Shown in pieces: positions 27,147 through 36,071 of a stretch of DNA of 64,000 nucleotides (position 1 is its first letter; each line of letters starts with the position of its first letter). Below the pieces are notes generated by a model. The model searched no databases and was not told the DNA's origin. It saw only the letters and a list, made by a program, of their open reading frames with translations. Source of the stretch: an uncultured Hyphomonadaceae bacterium (lineage in GTDB: Bacteria > Pseudomonadota > Alphaproteobacteria > Caulobacterales > Hyphomonadaceae); NCBI GenBank assembly GCA_964352025.1, contig CAYGPZ010000009.1, positions 26,971 through 90,970 on the forward strand, given 5' to 3'. Position numbers and translations under genes: made by a program.

Positions 27147-28835
27147 ATGAGTTTCTCACGTCGTCAAACACTGGGTATAATGGCTGCTGGTGGCCTCGCT
27201 GCCTGCTCACAATCTAAACTATCTCCTGAAACAGATACAAAACCAAAACCTTCAGATGGTGACGTGTTTTTGCATGGAGTTGCCAGTGGTGATCCTAAAG
27301 CAAATAGTGTGATAATCTGGAGCCGCGTGTCGGGGCAATCAGAACCCGTCACTGTGCTATGGGAAGTCTCACAAGATCGAGATTTCACGAACACTACTCA
27401 ATCTGGTGAGACAACGACTTCAGAAGACAAAGACTTTACAGTCAAAGCCGACCCGAATGAGTTGGTTGCAGGTGAAACATATTTTTACCGCTTTAAATTG
27501 GGCGACAATTATTCTCCAATTGGTCGCATGAAAACTTTGCCAGAGGACGAGCTTGATAAATTAGGTATCGCACTCGCGTCTTGTTCTAATTATGCATTTG
27601 GCTTTTTCAACGCATATGACGCTATTGCAAAAGATGATGCGATTGATGTCGTTCTCCATACGGGAGACTACATTTATGAATATGGAGGTGAAGATGGATG
27701 GGGACATGAGACAGCCAAAACCATTGGCCGTGTGCACGCCCCTAAACACGAGATAATTTCGCTAGATGATTATAGAAAGCGTCATGCACAATATAAGACA
27801 GATGCAGGTTCAATGGCGATGCACGCTGCACATCCGCTAATCTGTATTTGGGACGATCATGAAAGCGCAAATAACCCATGGAAAGATGGCGCTCAAAATC
27901 ATACCGATGCAACAGAGGGCACATGGGATGCGCGTCGCGAAGCTTCCGTGCGAGCCTATTATGAGTGGATGCCTATTCGTGAGCCAGAAGGGGACCAAAG
28001 CCGAGAAGAAGCATGGCGGACTTATGTGTTTGGTGATCTGGCAAGTTTGATCACGATGGAATGTCGTCATACGGGACGTGATCAGCAGGTTGATTATCTA
28101 AAACATGTAGCCAGTATTACATCTGATGAAGCCCGCAATAAATTCATGGCTGAAGTCATAAACGATCCAAGTCGTGAAATGATTTCAGCACGCATGAAAG
28201 ATGTCCTGAAATCTAGCCTTGGCCAATCCGTTGAAAACGGCGAACCATGGCGCTTGATTGGAAATACGTCTCCAATCGCACGTATGCCAGTTCCGGATGT
28301 GTCTAAGCATGGCATCACACCTGATATGAATAAAGATCCTGCTGGTATTTGGACGCAAGCATTATTCTGGAAAGGGAAGTGGAACTTACCGTTCTATACC
28401 GATACGTGGGATGGTTATCCGGCCGCGAGAGAAAATTTATACGCGCTCTCAAAGGAAGTAGGCGCGAACGATCTTTTATTCCTGACAGGCGACAGTCACT
28501 CATTCTGGGCGAACGACCTGAATGATGAAGATGGAAACGCAATGGGAATTGAGATTGGTACAGCGGGTATCTCTTCTCCGGGTGATTTCGTCGAAAGCGG
28601 CTGGCCAGATGATGTCGCTGAGAAGTTAGACCGCATTTTCGAGAAAGAGCTAGACGAAGTGAAATGGACTGACAATCTACACCAAGGCTATGTCAGAGTT
28701 GTTTTGACAAAAACTCAAGCTGTTTCAGATTTTGTGACAGTCGATACAGTTCTGTCGACTGATTATAAGACCAAAATTGTTCACTCAGAAACTGTCCAGA
28801 GACATTCAGATTCAATTGCGTTTCTAGAAACTTAG
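27147..28835 (+). CDS. phoD: Alkaline phosphatase D family protein (Tat-exported lipoprotein)
   Basis: Twin-arginine motif SRRQTLG plus lipobox LAAC. PhoD blocks GVASGDP..NSVIIWSR, VLHTGDYIYEY, WDDHE, LTGDSHSFWAN. Confidence 0.9.
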   Translation: MSFSRRQTLGIMAAGGLAACSQSKLSPETDTKPKPSDGDVFLHGVASGDPKANSVIIWSRVSGQSEPVTVLWEVSQDRDFTNTTQSGETTTSEDKDFTVKADPNELVAGETYFYRFKLGDNYSPIGRMKTLPEDELDKLGIALASCSNYAFGFFNAYDAIAKDDAIDVVLHTGDYIYEYGGEDGWGHETAKTIGRVHAPKHEIISLDDYRKRHAQYKTDAGSMAMHAAHPLICIWDDHESANNPWKDGAQNHTDATEGTWDARREASVRAYYEWMPIREPEGDQSREEAWRTYVFGDLASLITMECRHTGRDQQVDYLKHVASITSDEARNKFMAEVINDPSREMISARMKDVLKSSLGQSVENGEPWRLIGNTSPIARMPVPDVSKHGITPDMNKDPAGIWTQALFWKGKWNLPFYTDTWDGYPAARENLYALSKEVGANDLLFLTGDSHSFWANDLNDEDGNAMGIEIGTAGISSPGDFVESGWPDDVAEKLDRIFEKELDEVKWTDNLHQGYVRVVLTKTQAVSDFVTVDTVLSTDYKTKIVHSETVQRHSDSIAFLET

Positions 28836-28923
28836 AAGCGGCATCAAAACTGACATAACATACTGCTAGCCTCAGATGATTGTTCATTTGGGGCTGACAG
28901 TGTTTTATCCTTTTTCTTACATC

Positions 28924-30204
28924 ATGAAAATTCGAGCCAATTCGCTATTCTTCGTATGTGTTGCGGGGCTTGCGTCTTTCTCAGCCTATTTTTCGATGTA
29001 CGCTTTTCGTAAGCCCATTACCGTCGCCACATTTGAAGGTGTCGCTCAGGTATGGGGATCCTTAGATTATAAGGTCGCTGTTATTTTGTTCCAGCTGCTG
29101 GGATATGCGCTGTCTAAATGGATCGGGGTGAGGGTGATTTCCTCTCATCAACCCCATCAGCGTGGCTGGATGATTATTTGTTTGATTTTCATTTCCTGGC
29201 TCGCTCTTTTGGGTTTTGCTGTCATCCCGGCACCTTGGAATTTGACGATGGTGTTTATCAACAGTCTACCACTGGGCATGATTTGGGGATTTGTCTTTGC
29301 GTGGGTTGAGGGCAGGCGAACAACTGAAATTCTAAGCGCCATATTGTGCGCTAGTTTTATCTTTGCATCAGGTGCGGTAAAGTCCGTTGGGGCTTGGCTG
29401 ATGCATGTTCACAACGTATCCGAAATATGGATGCCAGCCGTCACTGCTGCAATTTTTACATTACCACTTCTTGTTTCAATTGCCGCGTTATCCCATTTGC
29501 CGCCTCCATCCTCTCAAGATGTTTCGGAAAGACGCGCGCGTGTCGCCATGACTGGCAAGGATAGACAAAAAAGCATCAAAATGATTGGCATCCCAATGCT
29601 CTTGCTCATTGTGTCATACATTTTGTTGACGGCTTTTAGAGACTTTAGAGCAAGCTTTGCTGCAGAAATCTAGACTGATCTTGGCTATGATAAAGCTATT
29701 GCTGCCTTCACTTATAGTGAAATTCCAACGACAATTGGCATATTGATATTGCTCGCCTTTCTAACTTTTGTGCGGAGTAATAAACGGGCCTATAAACTCA
29801 TCAACATATTCATTGTGCTGGGATTTTGTATCATTGGCTTATCTACGTTTGCGTTCCAAAAACATATGATCTCACCCATGCTGTGGGTTACCCTAACCGG
29901 AACAGGACTATATCTGGCCTATGTGCCGTTTGGGACAATCCTGTTTGATCGCTTGATTGCCGAAACGGGGGCTGCCGGAAACGCCGGATTTCTTATCTAT
30001 TTAGCAGATGCCTTTGGATATACGACAAGCTTGGCCGCCCTACTTATCCGTCAATTTGCAGTCCCCGATATCAATTGGGCGACTTTTTTCATGGGACAAG
30101 CCTATTTCACATCTGTGATAGGAGTCGTTTTTGCAATTGCTTCTGTTATCGTGCTGTCTTGGCGAAATGGATCCGATAGACATCCAATGACGATTATGAA
30201 TTAA
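28924..30204 (+). pseudogene. 12-TM MFS-fold-like transporter interrupted by a single in-frame TAG (resembles DUF5690-type proteins)
   Basis: ORFs 28876..29673 and 29743..30204 are in the same frame, separated only by the TAG at 29671-29673. Together they give a 6+6 TM topology with a central basic loop. Confidence 0.6.
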
Positions 30205-30243
30205 GGCAGAGGGAGTTAGTACCAACTCTTGCCCATTTAAGTC

Positions 30244-30309
30244 CTATTGAAAAGTGGGACACTTTGAAACAAAACAATGCGGTTTTATGCGGTATTTCAA
30301 TAGTCCCAC
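30244..30309. repeat. Composite inverted repeats (CTATTGAAA-A-GTGGGAC ... TTTCAATAG-TCCCAC) just inside the right att-like repeat
   Basis: CTATTGAAA at 30244-52 pairs with TTTCAATAG at 30295-303. GTGGGAC at 30254-60 pairs with GTCCCAC at 30303-09. Confidence 0.55.
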
Positions 30310-30345
30310 TTTGTGTAGTGATTTGAATGTATTAATTTTTGTGTA

Positions 30346-30369
30346 TCCCTCCGGGCCTACCAAAAGAGA
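30346..30369 (+). repeat. att-like direct repeat, right copy
   Basis: TCCCTCCGGGCCTACCAAAAGAGA. The sequence immediately upstream shows no further tRNA homology. Confidence 0.75.
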
Positions 30370-30527
30370 ATTTCAAGGGTATCAAAATGATATCAAATTA
30401 CCCTAAAAATTACAGAAGCATTTGATGAAGCTGAAATAACTCCGCTTGGCTTAAAGTTTGGGAATTATGCTTAGAGCTAAGAAAGTGTTTTCAGAGAAAG
30501 TTGAAGATTGACTCTTTCTGCTAAATA

Positions 30528-30542
30528 GAACAAAAAGAGAAC
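30528..30542 (+). promoter_or_regulatory. Alphaproteobacterial LexA (SOS) box
   Basis: GAAC-AAAAAGA-GAAC, which is GTTC-N7-GTTC on the other strand. It ends 2 nt before the imuA ATG. Confidence 0.7.
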
Positions 30543-30544
30543 AA

Positions 30545-31285
30545 ATGTCTATTTTGTCCTTGATACCTGACCAATATGCGTCATCCAAAGTTTCACTTGT
30601 CAAGGTGAGAGAAGAAGCTGCTTTTCCATTTGGATTAGCAGAAAAAGGGCTGCATGAGTGCGTTGAAAACAAGTTTGGCGATATGAGCGCTTTAGCGGGC
30701 TTTGTGCTTGCGAATGTGAAGTCTAAAGGCGCAATACTCTGGGTAAAGCAATACAAGCTAACACAAGAGCACGGCGCTCTTTTGCCGAGTGGGACCAGAA
30801 CTTTCCAAAATACCAACTCTCCTTGTTTACATGTGAAAACGTCCAAACGGATGGATGTTCTTTGGACGGTTGAAGAGGGCATTAAATCGGGCGGAGTTAG
30901 TCTTGTCATTGGTGAGGTCGATGAAGCTGACTTTACAGCGACGCGGCGGTTGAAGCTGGCAAGTGAACGCTATGGTGTCCCTGTGGTTCTGCTTATGCCT
31001 CATACACGCGAAGGTATTAGCGCATGCGAGACACGTTGGCGGATTAGCAGCAAGCCATCTAAGCCCAATCCATATGATGTAAAGGCACCAGGATTTTCAT
31101 GCTGGCAGGCCAAGCTGGAGCGTTGTCGACCAGCCCCGGCACGCGTTGGGGACGTGTTTGATCTGGAGTATGATGATGAAGCGTTATCTTTACGCGTGGT
31201 TTCCGGAATGGCCGCTAGACAGGCTAAGACGCACAAAACGTCAGCAGATGCAGATAAGGCCATCAAAATCAGCAAAACCGCCTAA
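30545..31285 (+). CDS. imuA: ImuA-like translesion-synthesis accessory protein (RecA/SulA-fold)
   Basis: First gene of the cassette preceding imuB and dnaE2. GLHEC motif region and size (246 aa) fit ImuA. Confidence 0.75.
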   Translation: MSILSLIPDQYASSKVSLVKVREEAAFPFGLAEKGLHECVENKFGDMSALAGFVLANVKSKGAILWVKQYKLTQEHGALLPSGTRTFQNTNSPCLHVKTSKRMDVLWTVEEGIKSGGVSLVIGEVDEADFTATRRLKLASERYGVPVVLLMPHTREGISACETRWRISSKPSKPNPYDVKAPGFSCWQAKLERCRPAPARVGDVFDLEYDDEALSLRVVSGMAARQAKTHKTSADADKAIKISKTA

Positions 31286-32759
31286 GCCCATTCCATTTGT
31301 ATTGGTCGAAAAAGGGCCGCATGGCGTGAGGGTGGCGGCGGTAAACCGTACAGCACGGAAGTTTAATATACATCGTGAGCTTGCCTTCACAGATGCGCGG
31401 GCACGTGCACCTGATTTGATGTTTGAAGAGGTTGATCGAGCAGCTGATAGAGCAGCATTGCAAAAACTAGCCGATTGGATGGTTCGTTTCTCTCCTCGTG
31501 TCAGTATGGATGGTGATGATGCGATTGTTATGGAGACAACGGGGCTTGATCATCTATTTGATGGGGAGATCAAGCTGATTGATCAAGTGAAGGCGCGTCT
31601 GAAGCGGAATGGTTATAACGCGCAAATTGCCATTGCAGGTACGCTTGGTGCAGCTAATGCGTTGGCGCGTTTTGGTGTCTATTCTGAAGGTGTATTTATC
31701 AGTCAGCCTACGCAGGAAAAACAGGACTTAGCTCAATTACCTGTTCAGGCATTACGTTTGTCAGATAAGACTGTTCAGCTTTTGCGTCGCTTTGGTTTGA
31801 CACGTATTGAGCAGCTTTATGGATTAGACCGCAAAGCATTAGCGCGGCGTTTTACATCCCGGGAAGCAATTGATGCTGTTGTCTTGCGGCTCGATCAGGC
31901 TTTGGGCGTCAGGCATGAACCTATCAAGCCCCTTATCCCAGAACCTGAATGGGCGGTGCGTTTGCCATGTCCTGAACCTGTGGCGGCACAAGAAGGTGTT
32001 GAGTATGCATTAGACCAGCTTTTACCGCAGCTATGTCAAAAGCTGGATACGCATGGTTTAGGCGCTCGTGATTTTTATTTTCATAGTTTTGGTGTTGATG
32101 GAAAACACTCTTATATCAATATCTCATCTGCGAGTGCGGTTCGCGATGCCAAACATATCAGGAGACTACTCAAAGAGCATATTGAGGAGATTAATCCGGG
32201 CTTTGGTATTGATCTGTTTATGCTCTGCGCAGCACGTACAGAACGTATTGATCAGGATGTGCAGCCTTTATCAGCGGATATGACAGGCGGTTTTGATGAA
32301 GAGGCTTTTATACGTTTAGCCGACCGTCTGGCTGTTCGTCTGGGCGATAAAGCTGTCCAGATGCCGATATATAATGAGAGCCATATTCCAGAGCGTGCTG
32401 AAGGTTATGCAAAGTTTGAAACGCATTTGATGAAAGAAGCGAGTGCGTCACAAATTATGGGGCCGCGTCCTTTGCGTTTATTTGATGTACCTGAACAGGT
32501 TGAGGTCGTTGCAGAAGTGCCAGATGGACCACCTGCGCGGCTGATATGGCGGCGCGTCATGCGCAAAATAGTGCGCGCGGATGGGCCAGAGCGTATCGCG
32601 CCGGAATGGTGGAAGCTTACAGAAAAAGGAGCACGAGCACGCGACTATTATCGTGTGGAAGATGAAGAAGGCTATCGTTACTGGATTTATCGTGATGGCC
32701 TCTATGATGATAATCGCGGCGGACCACCTCAATGGTATGTGCATGGGCTGTTTGCGTGA
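31170..32759 (+). CDS. imuB: ImuB, Y-family DNA polymerase-like protein
   Basis: MKRYLYAWFPEWPLDRL N-terminus typical of ImuB. It overlaps the imuA 3' end. The start is one of three consecutive ATGs at 31170-31178. Confidence 0.85.
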   Translation: MMMKRYLYAWFPEWPLDRLRRTKRQQMQIRPSKSAKPPKPIPFVLVEKGPHGVRVAAVNRTARKFNIHRELAFTDARARAPDLMFEEVDRAADRAALQKLADWMVRFSPRVSMDGDDAIVMETTGLDHLFDGEIKLIDQVKARLKRNGYNAQIAIAGTLGAANALARFGVYSEGVFISQPTQEKQDLAQLPVQALRLSDKTVQLLRRFGLTRIEQLYGLDRKALARRFTSREAIDAVVLRLDQALGVRHEPIKPLIPEPEWAVRLPCPEPVAAQEGVEYALDQLLPQLCQKLDTHGLGARDFYFHSFGVDGKHSYINISSASAVRDAKHIRRLLKEHIEEINPGFGIDLFMLCAARTERIDQDVQPLSADMTGGFDEEAFIRLADRLAVRLGDKAVQMPIYNESHIPERAEGYAKFETHLMKEASASQIMGPRPLRLFDVPEQVEVVAEVPDGPPARLIWRRVMRKIVRADGPERIAPEWWKLTEKGARARDYYRVEDEEGYRYWIYRDGLYDDNRGGPPQWYVHGLFA

Positions 32760-35700
32760 ATATATCTTATGCTGAACTCGCCGTTACGACGAATTTCTCT
32801 TTTCTGCGCGGTGCCAGCCGTGCTGAGGAGCTTGTTGTGCAGGCTAAAGCGTTAGGCTTGTGTGCGATTGGTATTGCTGATCGTAATACATTAGCTGGCG
32901 TGGTGCGTGCGCATATGGCTGCTAAAGAGCATGGCGTACGGTTGCTGATTGGCGCACGGTTGGACCTTACCGATGATATAAGCTTGTTGTGCTATCCGAC
33001 GGACCGCGCTGCTTATGGGCGTTTGTCGCATTTATTGTCGGATGGAAAAATGTGCGCGCCCAAAGGTGAATGTCATATCTCACTTGATGATGTTGCAGCC
33101 AAAGCTGAAGGGCAGATTTTTATAGTCATCCCACCGCTAAATTTGGATGATGATTTTGAAGATAAACTGACCAAGATAATAGAGATTCTAGGGCATAATC
33201 TGTATCTAGCCGCATCTTACCGTCATGGCGGTAAAAACTGTGAAAGCCTCGCGCGATTAAGCGCTATGGGAGCAAAGCATGGCGTACCGCTGATTGCGAC
33301 GAATGATGTGCTTTATCATCTACCTAATAGACGGCCTTTACAGGATATTCTCACCTGTATTCGAGAGCATGTTTCATTAGATCAAGCAGGTTATTTGCTT
33401 GAAGCTAATGCCGAACGACACCTTAAACCGGCGGCTGAGATGGAACGTTTATTTCGTGGTTTTGAGGACGCGATTGCGAATACGAAAAAAGTCGTTGATG
33501 CGTGCCAGTTTTCGCTTGATGAATTGCGATATGAATATCCTGATGAGCCTGTGCCAAGCCATAAAACACCTCAACAGCATTTGTTTGATCTGACATGGCA
33601 AGGTGCGAAATGGCGCTATCCTGAAGGTGTACCAGATAAGGTGCGTGCATCATTGGAGTATGAGCTTGATCTTATTGAAGAGCTTAATGTAGCACCGTAT
33701 TTTTTGACTGTGCACGATATTGTGAAATGGGCGCGCGAGCAGGAAATATTATGTCAGGGGCGCGGATCGGCTGCAAATTCAGCGGTGTGTTTTTGTCTGG
33801 GAATTACTAGTGTTGACCCATCAATTCATAATCTTCTTTTTGATCGTTTCTTATCTCGCGAACGTAAGGAGCCACCCGATATTGATGTCGATTTTGAGCA
33901 TGAGCGACGCGAAGAAGTCATCCAGTATATTTATGCGCGCTATGGTCGCCATCGTGCGGGCCTAACCGCGACTGTGATTAGCTATCGTCCAAGGTCCGCT
34001 GTGCGGGAGGTCTGTAAAGCTTTTGGATTGAGTGAGGATGTCGCAACAGCGCTCGCTAAAACAAATTGGGGCGCTTACGGCAAAACTATTTCAGATAAGC
34101 AGGCAGGTGAAAGCGGCTTGGACCCGCACAATGAAACCATTCGCCGCGTTCTATTCTTTACGCGTCAGATTATCGGTTTTCCGAGGCATTTATCCCAGCA
34201 TGTTGGCGGCTTTGTTTTAACGCAAGGGCCTTTGGTTGAAACTGTGCCTATTGGCAACGCCGCTATGGAGGATCGCACCTTTATTGAGTGGGACAAGGAC
34301 GATATCGACGCGCTGGGTATTATGAAGGTGGATGTGCTGGCTCTAGGCATGCTCAGCTGTATTCGTAAATGCTTTGATATGCTCCGACTGTATAAGGGGC
34401 AAGACTATAATCTAGCGACATTACCTCAAGAAGATCCCGTCGTTTATGACATGCTATGTGAAGCCGATAGTGTCGGTGTGTTTCAGGTTGAAAGCCGTGC
34501 GCAAATGACCATGTTGCCACGGTTAAGGCCGCGCACATTCTATGATCTTGTCATTGAAGTTGCGATTGTGCGACCTGGGCCCATTCAGGGCGATATGGTG
34601 CATCCCTATTTGCGGCGCAGGAAGGGGATTGAGCAGGTTAGCTATCCATCGCCATCGCCTGAGCATGGTCCGGCCGATGAACTTGAAAACATATTAAGTC
34701 GTACCTTAGGTGTGCCGCTTTTTCAGGAACAAGCCATGCAGGTGGCGATTGATGCAGCTAAATTTACGGCTGATGAGGCAAATGGTTTACGCAAAGCAAT
34801 GGCGACGTTTCGGCGTAATGGAACAATGGGGCTGTACGAAGACAAATTTATAAACGGGCTGGTGAACCGTGGGTATGAGCCAGACTTTGCTCAGGCCTGT
34901 TTTAATCAGGTAAAAGGGTTTGGAGATTATGGTTTTCCTGAAAGTCATGCGGCCAGTTTTGCGTTATTGGTTTATGTGTCGTCATGGCTGAAATGCCATC
35001 ATCCAGAAGTGTTTTGTGCAGCCATTTTAAATTCTCAGCCCATGGGGTTTTATGCGCCAGCTCAGCTGGTACGCGATGCGCGAGAGCATAATGTAGAAGT
35101 ACGTTCTGCAGATGTGAATTACTCTAATTGGGATAGTATTTTAGAGCCCAGAGAGGATGGACATTTTGCTGTACGTTTGGGGCTAAGGCAGATTGAAGGC
35201 TTGAGCGAAACACAGATACAAATTCTGGAGGAGCTAAGAGCTGGAGGATATGAAACACCTGAAGAGTTACGCCAGCGGACTGGGTTGCCGCGCGGAGTAT
35301 TAGAGCGATTGGCTGCGGCAGATGCGTTTCGATCGATGGGATTAGATAGGCGCGAAGCTTTGTGGGCTATTCGCGGGCAGGCCCAAGAAGCTCCCGCAGA
35401 ATTATTTGCTGTATCAGAAGTCAAAGAACAGGGGCTGGAGCCTGAAGTTGAGCTTCCTCAAATGCCTATGTCTGAGCATGTCATGCAAGATTATCATGCC
35501 ACACGATTGTCTTTAAAGGCGCATCCGCTTTCCTTCTTGCGTGAACGGTATGCCAAGATGGGGATGTGCTCGGCAAAAGACATATATGACTTCCGCAGTG
35601 GGACGCGTGTGATTGTGGCGGGACTTGTTCTCGTGCGACAACGTCCGGGTACGGCGTCTGGAGTTGTATTTGTGACTTTGGAAGATGAGACCGGCGTGGC

Positions 35701-35989
35701 CAATCTTATTGTGTGGCCAAAAGTGATGGAACGTTTCCGACCTGTGGTGATGGGCGCGTACCTCATTGCTGTAAGAGGGCGGGTTCAAACAGCAGACAAT
35801 GTCACGCACATCCTAGCGGAAGAGGTGATTGATCGTACACTGGATCTAGAAACCCTCACAGAAGATGCGCAATACGTGCAGGCAAAAGGAAAAGAGGGCA
35901 AAAACTGGCCAGCTTATGGGCACAGATCACAAACGGCCAAGCACCCTAGGAATGTGAGAGCTATACCAAGCAGTAGAGATTTTCATTGA
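32756..35989 (+). CDS. dnaE2: Error-prone DNA polymerase (DnaE2 / ImuC)
   Basis: SYAELAVTTNFSFLRGAS PHP-domain N-terminus, with Pol III alpha core blocks throughout. The GTG start overlaps the imuB TGA (GTGA). Confidence 0.95.
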   Translation: MNISYAELAVTTNFSFLRGASRAEELVVQAKALGLCAIGIADRNTLAGVVRAHMAAKEHGVRLLIGARLDLTDDISLLCYPTDRAAYGRLSHLLSDGKMCAPKGECHISLDDVAAKAEGQIFIVIPPLNLDDDFEDKLTKIIEILGHNLYLAASYRHGGKNCESLARLSAMGAKHGVPLIATNDVLYHLPNRRPLQDILTCIREHVSLDQAGYLLEANAERHLKPAAEMERLFRGFEDAIANTKKVVDACQFSLDELRYEYPDEPVPSHKTPQQHLFDLTWQGAKWRYPEGVPDKVRASLEYELDLIEELNVAPYFLTVHDIVKWAREQEILCQGRGSAANSAVCFCLGITSVDPSIHNLLFDRFLSRERKEPPDIDVDFEHERREEVIQYIYARYGRHRAGLTATVISYRPRSAVREVCKAFGLSEDVATALAKTNWGAYGKTISDKQAGESGLDPHNETIRRVLFFTRQIIGFPRHLSQHVGGFVLTQGPLVETVPIGNAAMEDRTFIEWDKDDIDALGIMKVDVLALGMLSCIRKCFDMLRLYKGQDYNLATLPQEDPVVYDMLCEADSVGVFQVESRAQMTMLPRLRPRTFYDLVIEVAIVRPGPIQGDMVHPYLRRRKGIEQVSYPSPSPEHGPADELENILSRTLGVPLFQEQAMQVAIDAAKFTADEANGLRKAMATFRRNGTMGLYEDKFINGLVNRGYEPDFAQACFNQVKGFGDYGFPESHAASFALLVYVSSWLKCHHPEVFCAAILNSQPMGFYAPAQLVRDAREHNVEVRSADVNYSNWDSILEPREDGHFAVRLGLRQIEGLSETQIQILEELRAGGYETPEELRQRTGLPRGVLERLAAADAFRSMGLDRREALWAIRGQAQEAPAELFAVSEVKEQGLEPEVELPQMPMSEHVMQDYHATRLSLKAHPLSFLRERYAKMGMCSAKDIYDFRSGTRVIVAGLVLVRQRPGTASGVVFVTLEDETGVANLIVWPKVMERFRPVVMGAYLIAVRGRVQTADNVTHILAEEVIDRTLDLETLTEDAQYVQAKGKEGKNWPAYGHRSQTAKHPRNVRAIPSSRDFH

Positions 35990-36071
35990 AGTCTCTAGAT
36001 ACGGATATTGATGTTTCTTCTTCCGAACTTTGGAGTTCAATCAGTTTAGCAGATGGTAAAAGATGCTTTTC

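Larger units (their letters stand above)
23384..30369. mobile_element. tRNA-associated genomic island remnant without integrase (phosphate-scavenging cargo)
   Basis: Bounded by a perfect 24-nt direct repeat of the tRNA 3' end. GTGGGAC repeats lie just inside both ends. No integrase-like ORF of 60 aa or more lies between the repeats. Confidence 0.55.

Noticed and set aside
30451-30909. A 152-aa minus-strand ORF overlapping the imuA start and the LexA box.
   Set aside because: It is antisense to imuA, whose position in the imuA-imuB-dnaE2 cassette and whose SOS box support the plus-strand gene.
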